A stretch of 63,863 nt of DNA, filler included, from Craspedostauros australis (Eukaryota), in assembly GCA_030167865.1 (NCBI GenBank). It is 13 parts of 13 records of this genome, joined end to end, with 100 filler letters (N's around TTAATTAATTAA, not from the genome) between each part and the next. Parts side by side here need not be neighbours in the genome. Positions count along the whole stretch, not along the records: positions 37,668 to 42,393 come from JALAGF010003604.1; positions 42,494 to 54,725 come from JALAGF010003605.1; 11 more parts are not named here. The stretch is one strand, 5' to 3'. Numbering within the stretch: position 1 is the first letter of the stretch; each line of letters begins with the position of its first letter. The notes under the pieces were generated by a model. That model saw only the letters and a program-made list of their open reading frames with translations. It did no database searches and was not told where the DNA came from. Made by a program: the position numbers and the translations under genes. Below, piece after piece: positions 37,668 through 49,000 of this stretch.

Positions 37668-39516
37668 CTGTAGCATTGATGTTTGCATTCGTTGATTCAA
37701 TCATGTACATGGCAGCATCCTGCCGGCAGGACCTACATGCCAGGCAGAGCACAGATATGCCATCGCTATCACACGCATTGACATCTGCGTCCCATGTCTC
37801 CACCAAATACTTCACCATCTCCAACTCCAGATTCTGAGCTGCATAAACGAGTGGTGTGGAACCCTTCTTAGTTTGGAGAGTGACGTCGACATTTGCATCG
37901 GGTGATCTCAAGAGGTAATCAACCACGTCGATGTGGTTGTTCAAGCATGCAATGTGAAGTGGGGTCCCACCACAGGTGGTAATGGTAGTCAAGTCCGATC
38001 TGCCTGACTCTACCAAACACTTCACCACGCCCAAGTCGCCTTTCATACATGCTTCGTGAAGCGGGGTCTGCATGTCATGGGAACTGCTTTGAATGTTGAT
38101 GTCTGCATTCGTCGATTCCACAATGTACTTGACAACATCCATGTGGCTGTTCGAACACGCGAGATGGAGTGGACTGAGATCGCTGTTGTCTTGTGCGTTG
38201 ATGTTTGAATTCCCTGCTTCCACCAGTAACTTCACAGTGGCCAAGTCACCCGCGGCGCATGCGTGATGCAAGAGGGTCATGCCGTCCTTTCCTTGCCTAT
38301 TGATGTCGACCTTGCCTGACTCCACAAGGCACTTCACAACATCCGAGAGGCCGCCCATGCATGCCCAATCAAGTAGAGTGGACTCTCCCTTCATGGTAGT
38401 GTCGACATCTACCTTGGCAGACTGCACCATGTATCTGATGACATCCACATGGCCGTTGGAACATGCACAAGCCAATGGAGCATCGTGATTGCAATTTTTG
38501 GCATTTACGTTCACGATGCCTGTTTCCACCAAGTACGTCACAACATCCACATGGCCATTGGAACATGCACAAATCAATGGAGTATCGCGATTGCAATTTT
38601 TGGCGTTTACGTTCGCGTTGCCTGATTCCACCAAGTACCTCACGACATCCACATGGCCATTGGAACATGCACGATGCAGTGATGTCTCGCCATTCTCATC
38701 CTTCACTTGGACAGTCCGTTTGTGTGACTTCACCACTTGCTTGACCATCTCCAGATCTCCTTTCGAAGATGCAAGATGGAGCGCGGCCACGATGGAAGGA
38801 TTTGAAGAGCCCATGCTTGGTTCGCATGACTCTAACAAACGCTTGACGATCTCCATGCGACCATGTCTGGCCGCAAGCTGCATCGCGGTATTGCCATCCT
38901 GATTTCGGATGCTTCCATCCGCGGCGCCAGTCTCCATCCAATAATCCACAATCTCGAGATGACCTTTCATGCATGCGTAATGGAACGCGGTGTTGCCGAA
39001 GCTATCTTGAATGTTGATATCCGCTTCGCATGATTCTGCCAGGTATTTGACAATTGCCAAATGACCATGAAGGCATGCTGTATGGAGCACGGTCTCGCCA
39101 GCCTTGTCCTGCTTGGTGGTATCTGCTGAGTAAGATCCCACCAGGCTCTTCAAGATGTCCAAATGACCCTCAAGACATGCATAGTGGAGCGCAGTCTTGC
39201 CAAGGTTATCTCGGGAGGCGACATCTGCTGCGTGTGACTCGATCAGGTATTGCATGATGTCGGTACTACCTCGTGCACATGCGGCATGGAGTGCGGTCTC
39301 TCCGTCCTCGGATCGAACGTTGGGATCTGCTTTACATGTTTCCAAAAGGTGCTTGACCATATCCAGTTGACCACTAGAGCATGCGGCTTGGAGGAGACCC
39401 TTGCCAGATCCATCCTTGATGGTGTCAATGGGGGTACGAGGAGACGGAGTTCTCCATGCGTCGAATGCACCCAGATCTCCCTGTTCGACGGCATGGAAGA
39501 GATTCCGGTCGGTCAT
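37668..39516 (-). CDS. Ankyrin-repeat protein, 5' part (same gene as 28846-31088)
   Basis: 37668-38903 is the reverse complement of 28846-30081. Likely start MTDRNLFHAVEQGD at 39516 (alternatives 39579, 39678). Confidence 0.88.
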
Positions 39517-40463
39517 TGCTGGCTCGTTGGAGTTGTTACGTGTTGATTCAAGGGAGCGAAGAGACGGCCGTCTTGTCATTCGCGTCCATCCAACCCTATG
39601 GGACTGCTGCTGGTGATGGCTGGTATGGCGCACTGGAGAAGTGAACAAGAGAAAGAGTGGAGGCAAGATGAAGACCATGGCTGAAGGTGACTCGGATCTG
39701 TTTGCAGTTGGAACTTTATGGAGCTTTATGGTGGCAATGGCCGTTGCTTCTTTTGTGGCAATCGGCTGAGTGTGCTGGTATGGTAACAGATCACAGGCGT
39801 TGGTGATGCTTGGGCGATTCTTCTGATGCCACCCAACAAGCAAACACCGTGACATCTCTTGGTGCAGGTAACACGATCGAGTCTCTCGCAACATTCTCAG
39901 GTTTTGCGGCAAACCTGAAATTGGGCTGGCTCGGCACTCCCACACGATCCGTTGTATCGGTGTCAACCTCCGAGTATGTACTATGTCCATAGACTGAAAG
40001 ATGCGACGGAGACGAGGCCATTCGCACGTACAACGCCCACGGGAGGAAATGTCACAAGAGAGGCAGCCCAAAGTAAGATGGAACGATCGGAGACACTTCA
40101 ATTCGTAGATGGAGTCCATGCCGCTCTGCCCTGGAAGTCCACTCGGAATCAAGGTCATGGTGTCAGTATGCAGTCGTCGGATTGTGCTTCAGAAAGTGAG
40201 AAGGAAAGACTAGAGTACTCCTACTCTGCAATATTATGTTTCGTGTGATTGCAGCAACATGCAGGCAAGCATACAGGTGAAGAGTATTGCGCAACGGCAG
40301 AAAACACACACGCACACACGATTGCATGTACGTACGTGGATGAATGCTGTCTAAGCGTCATGATGGAATACGTAAGTAGTTGGTCGTTGTCGTCGTCTTT
40401 CGTTCGTTCGAGAGAGAGAGTGCACGTAGTGTGCACTTCATTCTACCCATTTGAGTATGCCGT

Positions 40464-42386
40464 CTAGCTTCGCTGCTTGTGCCTGCCACGTCCAAGGGCC
40501 ACCCAGTCGATCCCATCGTCATTATCGTTGTCACCACCACCCGTCGCAACAGCCGATGCTTGTCCCATCCCCTCATCGGAGGCCACGCTGTACTGCTGCA
40601 GACGGTTGGCGATCGACTGGGGAACTCTGCCCATCACGTAGGTCCCCTGCGGTCGGTAATCGATCGTCTCGACGTTGCCTTGTTCGTGGATGAGATTGAG
40701 CTCATCGCCCAGACTGTACGGCAGCTCCAGCTCGATTGGCACCAGCAAATCGGCCAACGCATCTTCGACGACCGCCACGAAGTCCTGCAAACCGTCTCCG
40801 TGCAGGGACGACACGGCCACCGTGTTTTCCGCCATGGCGGCTTCGTACCTCAGGTACTCGGCGTCATCTTCGTCGAGCAGGTCGATCTTGTTGAAGACGC
40901 GCACCATGGGCTTGTCGCTGGCATCGATGTCTGCCAGAACCTTGCGCACGGCCCGTTCCTGCTTGTCCCACGCCGGGTTGGACACGTCGATGACATGGAC
41001 GAGGACATCGGCCTCCCGGACTTCCTCCAAGGTGGCGCGGAAGGCCGCGACGAGATGGGTGGGGAGCTTCTGGATGAACCCGACGGTGTCCGTGAGCAGC
41101 ACCTCCGGATGTGTCTTGTATCCCGGAAGCTTGACCTTGCGCGTCGTGGGGTCGAGGGTGGCGAAGAGCATGGATTCGGCCATGACACCGGCTCGCGTGA
41201 GGTAGTTGAGCATCGTCGACTTGCCGGCGTTCGTGTAGCCCACGAGGGAGAGGATTGGCAGGCCCGTTCGCGATCGACCTCTGCGATGCATGGCACGCTG
41301 CTTCTGGACGTTGTTGATCTTCTCCTTGAGGACGATGATGCGGTCGCGCACGAGACGCTTGTCGATCTCGAGCTGCGATTCTCCAGGTCCTCGCAGACCG
41401 ACGCCGCCGGCGCCGGATTGGCGTTCCAAATGCGTCCACATCTTGGTGAGCCTTGGCTTGCGGTACTCGTGCAGTGCGAGGTCGACCTGCAGCTTACCTT
41501 CCTTCGTCTTGGCGTGCTGTGCGAAGATGTCTAGAATGAGCGCGGTGCGGTCGACGACCTTGATCTCACGCTCGGAGACGAGAAAATCATTCTGCAGCAG
41601 CTTGCGATTGAAGGTGTTCTCGAGGGTCTTTTGCTGGCCAGGGCTGAGTTCCGCATCGAAGACGATCGTGCAACATCCTTGCTCCTCCATCAGCGCCTTG
41701 GCCTCCTGCACCTTGCCTGTGCCGACGTATGTCTTGGGATTGATCTCCTGCAGTCGCTGCGTGATCTCGGCGCCGATCTCCATACCGGCCGTGCGGATTA
41801 ACTCCCGCATCTCGATCAGGGACTCCTCCAGTGTGAAGACTGGCGCATCCTGCCCATTCTCCAACGGGTTGTAGTAGCGTTCCGACCGCTTCGCTTTGCG
41901 CTGCAGTCCCAAGTCTTCGACGCCGATCAGAATGCAGCGTTCCACCTTGCGTCGGATGCCTTTTTCATCGACGTAGAGACGATCTTCGCGTTCTGTGAGG
42001 ATGTCGTCCTCATCACGTGTGAATGCGGTGAACTCTCCATCACCCTCCACGTCGGTGTCGCCGTCCATCATGAGGTTCGCCTCATCGCCATCCTCTTCAA
42101 AGAAGGACATGCCAGCCATGTCATCATCCGCCGTGTTGGCGAATTCCATCATGGCATCGATGGGTCGTTGCTGCGGCTGCGCGGAATGTCCATCGTCCGC
42201 ATCATCGCTGGAATGATCTCCCACCTGAAAGACAGGGTCGTTGTCATTCGTCTGCAGCGAAAGTGCCGTCTGATGGTTGGCTGCGGCCGGTTCGAGACCG
42301 TTTCTGCTGAGTAAGTGCTGCGGAGGAGATCTCGGGAGGAAAGCCACCGACGATGTGATCATCGAAAGCATCGCAGCGGATCTCAT
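40464..42386 (-). CDS. hflX: HflX GTPase, duplicate representation
   Basis: 39860-42393 is the reverse complement of 35034-37567; identical translation. Confidence 0.93.
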   Translation of the reverse strand: MRSAAMLSMITSSVAFLPRSPPQHLLSRNGLEPAAANHQTALSLQTNDNDPVFQVGDHSSDDADDGHSAQPQQRPIDAMMEFANTADDDMAGMSFFEEDGDEANLMMDGDTDVEGDGEFTAFTRDEDDILTEREDRLYVDEKGIRRKVERCILIGVEDLGLQRKAKRSERYYNPLENGQDAPVFTLEESLIEMRELIRTAGMEIGAEITQRLQEINPKTYVGTGKVQEAKALMEEQGCCTIVFDAELSPGQQKTLENTFNRKLLQNDFLVSEREIKVVDRTALILDIFAQHAKTKEGKLQVDLALHEYRKPRLTKMWTHLERQSGAGGVGLRGPGESQLEIDKRLVRDRIIVLKEKINNVQKQRAMHRRGRSRTGLPILSLVGYTNAGKSTMLNYLTRAGVMAESMLFATLDPTTRKVKLPGYKTHPEVLLTDTVGFIQKLPTHLVAAFRATLEEVREADVLVHVIDVSNPAWDKQERAVRKVLADIDASDKPMVRVFNKIDLLDEDDAEYLRYEAAMAENTVAVSSLHGDGLQDFVAVVEDALADLLVPIELELPYSLGDELNLIHEQGNVETIDYRPQGTYVMGRVPQSIANRLQQYSVASDEGMGQASAVATGGGDNDNDDGIDWVALGRGRHKQRS

Positions 42387-42566
42387 GATCGACNNNNNNN
42401 NNNNNNNNNNNNNNNNNNNNNNNNNNNNNNNNNNNNNTTAATTAATTAANNNNNNNNNNNNNNNNNNNNNNNNNNNNNNNNNNNNNNNNNNNNCAACAAG
42501 TCACACAAGAAGACGAAGAAACATCATCATCGCAAGCACAAACGATCATCCTCATCGTCCCGTCAC

Positions 42567-44396
42567 ATGGATGTCTCCGATGAAAGCAGAAGCAACAGCA
42601 GAAGCAACAGCTCAGATGATGATGACAGCGATAATGACAGCGATGACAGCAGCCGAGACAGCAGTCACGATCGCAGAAAGCGAAGGAGGAAGCATCGTGA
42701 CAAGAAATCATCCAAGAAATCAATCAAAAAGGCCTCAAAGAAGACTTCCAAGAAGGACAAGAAGGATCGCAAGTCAAAGAACAAATCAAAGAAGAGAAAG
42801 AACACCACCACCACCGCCAGCAGAAGCAGGAGCAACAATAACAACAACAACCATGAATCTGATGATTCTGAAGGTGCAAAGCCCAACACCGCTCCACCAC
42901 CAAACGCCACCCTCCTCGCCAATGCACTCTTCCAACTGTTCACATCCAGACCTGAGTTTGCGGCTGATCTTCCCACCATCCTCATTCGATTGGCAGGTGG
43001 ATCCACCTTCGACTTGCGACAGGTCACGGATGATCTCATCTCGAGTGGACTGCAGCACATCTTCACATCGCTGTCGGAGTTTGGAGTGGAGAGGAGTCCC
43101 GAATCTGGCATGTGGTTCTACAACGCTGCACCGGGTCGCAAGGATGATGAGAGATTCTTGTTGCGAGCTGTGAGGTCGTTGTTGGATCAGGCGGGTCTGA
43201 CGATGGAAGCTGTGCGCAAGCAGGATGTGAAAGAAGAGGAGTTGGCTGCCAAGATTCAAGAAGCAATGAAGCAACGGAATCAGCAACGGAACGGCAAGAA
43301 TGGGAATGATCACGATGACGACGACGAGGAAGACGATGATGGGCCTGATGCGAGTGCGAAGGCAGCCGCGAAAGCAAGACACCAGGCAGATGTTGGGAAG
43401 GTGGAGAATCACGCATCGAGTCTTCTGAAGCGCTTCTTCAAACAAGGATCGACTTTGCATCAGGAGCTGCAGGTGTTGTGCAAAGATCTGATGGATGGTC
43501 AGAGCATCTCGTTGGAAGGATTGCCCGATGAAGATCTGAAGAAGGATCTGGATTCGTTGTTCCGTCTGTGCAAGCTGGAGGAATGTGAGATGGCAGATGA
43601 TGATGATGACGATAAGGACGATAAGGACGATTCGGATAGTGACGGTGACAGTGCCGACTCTAAACCTGTCATTGGATACTGTCTGTCAGATGGCAACGTC
43701 CGTCCTGCCAAGGAGCTTCTCGCAGCTGTGATCAGCTTCTGCAACAAGGCCGTCTCGGCTGATGGCAAGCTGCAGATCAGATCCAGAGCCATGTTCCCAT
43801 CGCGTCAGGGCATGGTGGAAGGCATCCAGAATGCCAACAGTGATGACGAAAGCGACGATGAAGGACCGGCGACCTTTGGTGCCGAACCACGACGAGCACG
43901 CGGTCCAGCCTTGCCGAAGGAGGTGATCAAGATGCAGGCCGAGGCCCGTGCCGCCGAGATGCGGTCCGTCGTGACCGGCATCAAGATGGCACCGCAGGGT
44001 GGACGTGAGGAATGGATGCTGGAGCCTGGCAAGTTCGATCTGCTGAGCAACGTGAAGAAGAAGCAGATGAAGGGCAAGAGCAACTTTGACAACTTGAAGA
44101 GTCATGATGATGAGGACGCTGTGCAGATCGACTCTCGAATCCAGCGTGAGATCGACAGTATCATGGATGCGCATGCGAACGCCCGCGGTCCCAGTCTGAT
44201 GGATCATCATCGCTCGAAGCAGCACGAGGAGAAGATGGAGAAGGAGAAGGCTCGGAAGAATGGCAAGGGTTCGTGGAATTGGAATCGCAACAGCGATCTT
44301 GACAAGGGACGTCGTGTGGACAAGGATGCTTTGCAGATGATCATGGGTGGTGCTGGTGGCGATCTGAAGACCAAGTTCCAGGGTGGTCTTGGCTGA
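42567..44396 (+). CDS. DUF3752 / GPALPP1-like nuclear protein
   Basis: Basic K/R-rich N-terminus, acidic tracts, RGPALP, REEWML.P, RGPSLMDHH and WNRNSDL motifs typical of the DUF3752 C-terminus. Confidence 0.7.
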   Translation: MDVSDESRSNSRSNSSDDDDSDNDSDDSSRDSSHDRRKRRRKHRDKKSSKKSIKKASKKTSKKDKKDRKSKNKSKKRKNTTTTASRSRSNNNNNNHESDDSEGAKPNTAPPPNATLLANALFQLFTSRPEFAADLPTILIRLAGGSTFDLRQVTDDLISSGLQHIFTSLSEFGVERSPESGMWFYNAAPGRKDDERFLLRAVRSLLDQAGLTMEAVRKQDVKEEELAAKIQEAMKQRNQQRNGKNGNDHDDDDEEDDDGPDASAKAAAKARHQADVGKVENHASSLLKRFFKQGSTLHQELQVLCKDLMDGQSISLEGLPDEDLKKDLDSLFRLCKLEECEMADDDDDDKDDKDDSDSDGDSADSKPVIGYCLSDGNVRPAKELLAAVISFCNKAVSADGKLQIRSRAMFPSRQGMVEGIQNANSDDESDDEGPATFGAEPRRARGPALPKEVIKMQAEARAAEMRSVVTGIKMAPQGGREEWMLEPGKFDLLSNVKKKQMKGKSNFDNLKSHDDEDAVQIDSRIQREIDSIMDAHANARGPSLMDHHRSKQHEEKMEKEKARKNGKGSWNWNRNSDLDKGRRVDKDALQMIMGGAGGDLKTKFQGGLG

Positions 44397-44584
44397 GAGC
44401 GTTGCAGAGGATTATGAACGCAAGCATCTATTTGCGTATTTGGTCTCAAAACTGCTCTCCATAGGTACTGCGTTGCTACGCTGTCGTTGAATGATCACCT
44501 CTTACGTCACCATGACTGCTATCTGCTCCTACTTTATGAAGGTGGATAGAGTCCTCCATCTTCGAATGTTTCGGATCACGGGGT

Positions 44585-45625
44585 TCATGGTGCATCCACT
44601 CTGTAAAATATCTGCGCGGTCTTGAAGAAGATGAATTCCCGGTCTTCTTCCGAGTAGTCCTCCAAAAAGTCTGCCATCGATTGCAACAACTGCACAGGAT
44701 CAGGACCGGCATCGCTCAAGCCGTCACTATCCGACATAGCTGCAGACTTCCACCAGTTCGTGGCCGCCATGCATCTTTGTGGACCAAACAGATCAACGAT
44801 CTCGCAGATCAGAGATTTCATGACTTGCTTCCGCTCGTCGGTTCGCACCCATCCCGGGACGGCATATCCCAACATCGAGAGCTTGACATAGACATTCGGC
44901 AGAGCCGCAAGCGCCTGCATGCCCGTCCTCCATACCTTCATTTCTTTTTCGTCTGGCATCACGTTCATGTTGTCGACGCTGTCGTCTGCACCCAAGATAG
45001 TCCTCGGCTTTCCCAAATGATCCAAAGCGACGCGCACGCCGGGGTTTCTCGCAATGAGATCCGCAGCCGCCACCAGCTGCGCTGGCGCGCATTGCAAATC
45101 GAAGGACAGGTCGTGCTGTGCCAATGCCGCGAATCCACGTTCAAATTCCGGCACGATGCTGCCGCCAGTGCCGCCTCGCAAGTAGTCGATTCCATCATGC
45201 CGCAATGTAGCGGGATGCGTCGGCGAATTCGGCTCGTACGGACCCACGCAGTCCAAGATCCATCTCACGCCTCGGACCTTCTTGGGACTGGTCGATTTGA
45301 GGGCGCGCAGATCGTCCTCGATCGTGGGCTGCGTCAAATCGCACGATGCCACGATGGCCTCAACGGTGGATCCTTCCACATTGTCCACCGAGGCTTCCAA
45401 CCACCTCACTTCGGCAATGGGATCATCCGGAAGGCACTCCACGTGAACGCTGGAGAGCAATGTGACGCCGGCTTGTTGCAACGGTACGACAACATCTGTG
45501 TTGTAATCGGTCGGAAGGTACGTTTCGCTGGGAACCAATTGGCTCAGGAAGGTCTGGAACGCGTTGTTGCGCGTGTCTAAGAAATGATGATGTGCGTCGA
45601 TGAAATGCTTGGGAAGCGCGACCAT
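44585..45625 (-). CDS. Amidohydrolase_2-family sugar lactonase-like protein (L-fuconolactonase / L-rhamnonolactonase group)
   Basis: FIDAHHHF, VHVE, VRGVRWIL, LSFDLQC, ALDHLGKP, PNVYVKLS, FGPQRCM; intronless, 346 aa. Confidence 0.85.
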   Translation of the reverse strand: MVALPKHFIDAHHHFLDTRNNAFQTFLSQLVPSETYLPTDYNTDVVVPLQQAGVTLLSSVHVECLPDDPIAEVRWLEASVDNVEGSTVEAIVASCDLTQPTIEDDLRALKSTSPKKVRGVRWILDCVGPYEPNSPTHPATLRHDGIDYLRGGTGGSIVPEFERGFAALAQHDLSFDLQCAPAQLVAAADLIARNPGVRVALDHLGKPRTILGADDSVDNMNVMPDEKEMKVWRTGMQALAALPNVYVKLSMLGYAVPGWVRTDERKQVMKSLICEIVDLFGPQRCMAATNWWKSAAMSDSDGLSDAGPDPVQLLQSMADFLEDYSEEDREFIFFKTAQIFYRVDAP

Positions 45626-46048
45626 GTTTGTCGTTCCTGTTTGTGTCTCGCGGATTAGACTTCTTTACGAGTACGAGCTGTTGGCACATTGCCAGACACC
45701 AAGGGTTTAGATGCTCACGGAATGACTAAATGCAATGAAGTGTCGCGGATCTTTTGGCTGTTCGTGTCATTTCTTGTTTCGCTCGTCGCGTTGGCAGTTG
45801 TCAAGGAGTTCCGTTAAAACCCGTTAACAATGGCGCGAACAACTCACACTGGCGGAAGGAGTCTAGAGGGGGAGACACGAAACGGGTGAGAACTGCAGGA
45901 GGCGACACAACCATCCCTCTGTCCATCTAAGCTGCGCGCTCGTACCATTCGCTCTCGGTATGGCAGCTGCTGATCATTACTATAAGCCTTCTAAAATCTG
46001 TACTTTAGCTCGACAAGTACGCGTCTCGTGTGCCTGTGGTCACCACGG

Positions 46049-49000
46049 TCATAACCCCTGCAGTTTCACACTGCTCAAGTCTGCCGCAAAGTTGACGACC
46101 TTGTTATATCCTCGAGGCATGTCGTCACGGAGTTCCTTGTGCCAGGTACCGCCCGTCGCAGCGATGAACGCTTCAACGAAATCATCCGCTTTGCGCTTCT
46201 CTTGAGACATCGAGAAAAGATTGATCGTGATGTGATCACGTCCATCCCACACGGCAACAATGTGGCCTAGCTTGAATTGTGAAACCACGACTGCGCCATC
46301 GCCCATGCCGCTATGCGTGGTGGTGGATGACGGTGTGTATTGCACCTCTTCCGCTGCTTCAGACACGATGCTTTCAATATTCGGACTGCTTCGATTGGTG
46401 CCGTTGCTACCGGTGCTTTCGCTGTGTGACGCTGTGGCACGTACAAACTGAATGATGGATTGGCGACCAATTGGATGTTGCTCTTTCAATTGCCGAATAC
46501 CAGAACTGAGATCATAGTCGCTCTGCTTGAAGGCGACCGGCTTGTGTTGATGGAGTTCCTTGAACATCAATTCGCCACCCTCGATGATGGATGGACGGAC
46601 CTCCAAGTGGTCACCGAACACTTCGACAAGCTTGTCCTCGACCCTGCGAACACGCATGAACGCATCGATACAATCCACGGCGAGAACGCTGAACTCCAAA
46701 CGTGCATCATAGCGCCGCGCGCCCTTACGCTGGACGAGCAATTCCGTGCGCGTCAATGGGTCGATGCCGATACCACGAGCGATTTCGACGATGGCATTAC
46801 GCCTCCATTCATCTGCCTTGTTGTTTGGGAGCACGGCGGTAAACAGGTGGATCGTCTCTGGTTGGAATCCGGTCTGGCGAGTGCCCCAAAGACCCGCGAA
46901 GATGCGCGCCATGGCGTACGGCGCGCTGCTATCGAGCACGACACCATCGATGACTGTCGATCCAAGCTGCTTCCTTTCCGAAAGAAGTTGTTGCTGCAGC
47001 GTTTTGCGGCATTGATCCATCCCTTCCAAATCCAGGCCATCGCCGAACATTCCCTTCCGCACCGACTGGCACAGATGCAAGACGATAACATGCTTGACGT
47101 GGCCATCGTGACGGAGCGCCGTTGCCGCTTGGCATTCGCCGTCCTCCCGTTTGCCGCAAAAAACGACCACGGCTGAGTCAGGTGAAACCATGGACTGTGT
47201 GATCGATACCAAACCTGCTTCGATGACATCCTCCACCGCAATGGCTCCCAAGATGTTGACGGTATCAAGGCCGGCAGCGTTGTCCTTGATCTCCTCGCTT
47301 CCACCAGGTGCGGAAATAGTGTCATCGACACAATTGCGCGAGTGTGCCGTCAAGTCAGGACCGATCTGTCGTACGTCCTCTTCCCATGAACCATTACCGT
47401 ACATCCCAGACACGACAACGCGGAATGAAGATACCGATCTCTCCTTGTTGCCCTTGCCGTTACCTAGCGCCTCGACAAGCGCGGCGCGGGTTGCATCCAT
47501 GCGTTCGAAACGTCCCCACAAATGGATATCCAGTGCCACGTACTTCTCTTCGGCCCATGGCCGAGCCACCACGTACCCCTCTGCCATCACGATGATAAAC
47601 TCCGAGTTATTGGCAGATCCGTTGTTCGATGGTTGAAGCGTATACTTGAGTCCTTCCAGCGTCGTGATCAACGTGGCCTCCAGCTGTTCGATGGTTGGAT
47701 CGCATTGTTCAACTTCGATGATCATGACGACCCCTTCGCTCTTTCCGCTCCGGGTCTTGCCATTCTTATGTTCGTCTTCGATCGCCTGGTCGAGTTTTGC
47801 ACACGCGCCGTCCTTGATGGCATCGTTCACCTTGTAATCCCTCCAAAGCAAATACTGATGCGGATAATCTTCCAGATCTGGAAGCAGCAGATTATCCACG
47901 CCATGATCCACCAAGTCATCTGTGTGATAGAAATCAATCTGGTTGCTGCCCATGATCATGGACTGCTCGCAGATCATCGGGCAGTCGTAAAAGTGAACGT
48001 CCACGGAGTAGTCGAAAGTCCGCGAAAGCTGCCTGAAGTACGGTTCGTTCTTGATCATGATACCATCCGGCTTGACCAGCAACGCCATCGCATTCAAGAT
48101 GTCCAGATGGTCTGTCACCGTGAGGCTGGCCCCCGTCTCGGACACGTCGACCATCACCAGGTCGAATGAGTTTATGTACCCCTTGGGCAAGAGCAGCAAT
48201 GACTTGGTGGCATCGCCGAACCACCATTCCACGCGGTCGTCGTGGAAGCTGGGTTCGGTGTGGAACCACTTGAAGGCATTGCGCACAACGGTCTGGTCGA
48301 GCTCCAATCCGACAACGAGCTCTAGATCGGGGTATTTGAGGAACTCTTGGAGGATCATGTTGTCTCCGCCGCCAATGAAAGCCACGCGCTTGACTTCCTT
48401 CAAATATCTGGCGGCGTAGTTGATGGCGTATTCGTGATAGTGCGGACGGTAGCTGTCGCAGATCTGCATGATGTTGTCAAGCTGCATGCAAATGTCGCTG
48501 TCCTTTTCATATGATGCATCATCATCTTCAATATCCTGGTAGAACGTGACGTGTTGATACTCGGTATGGATGTCATCGAGGAGGGTGTATTCGCCCAAGG
48601 ACATGATGACGGACAAATCGCACGTGTCCTCACGTTCGGCTGGTAGCTCTATGAACGCACGTAACGATGGGTACAACCTGCGCGACAAGCACGAGACGTC
48701 GTGGACGTTCCCGCAGGCGTAGAAATCTTCGTACTTGTTCGGAGCTGCTGGACTCATCTCCTCGCGAGCCTTGAGCGCATGACCCATCGCGAAGATTGCG
48801 GATTCCACGTAATGCACCAGCGTGTCCCACTCGTGATGTGGTATTACAGCGTCTGATTGACGAAGCAACGCGAATGATTCCCGCCCTGCGCCAAGGACAT
48901 CGAGCCGAAACCGAGATAGACGAAGCAGATAGTCCCTGAAGGTGGAGCTTTCTGCCATTTTCGACAGCCCTTCTCCGAATGTTATCGAGTATCCATCGCC

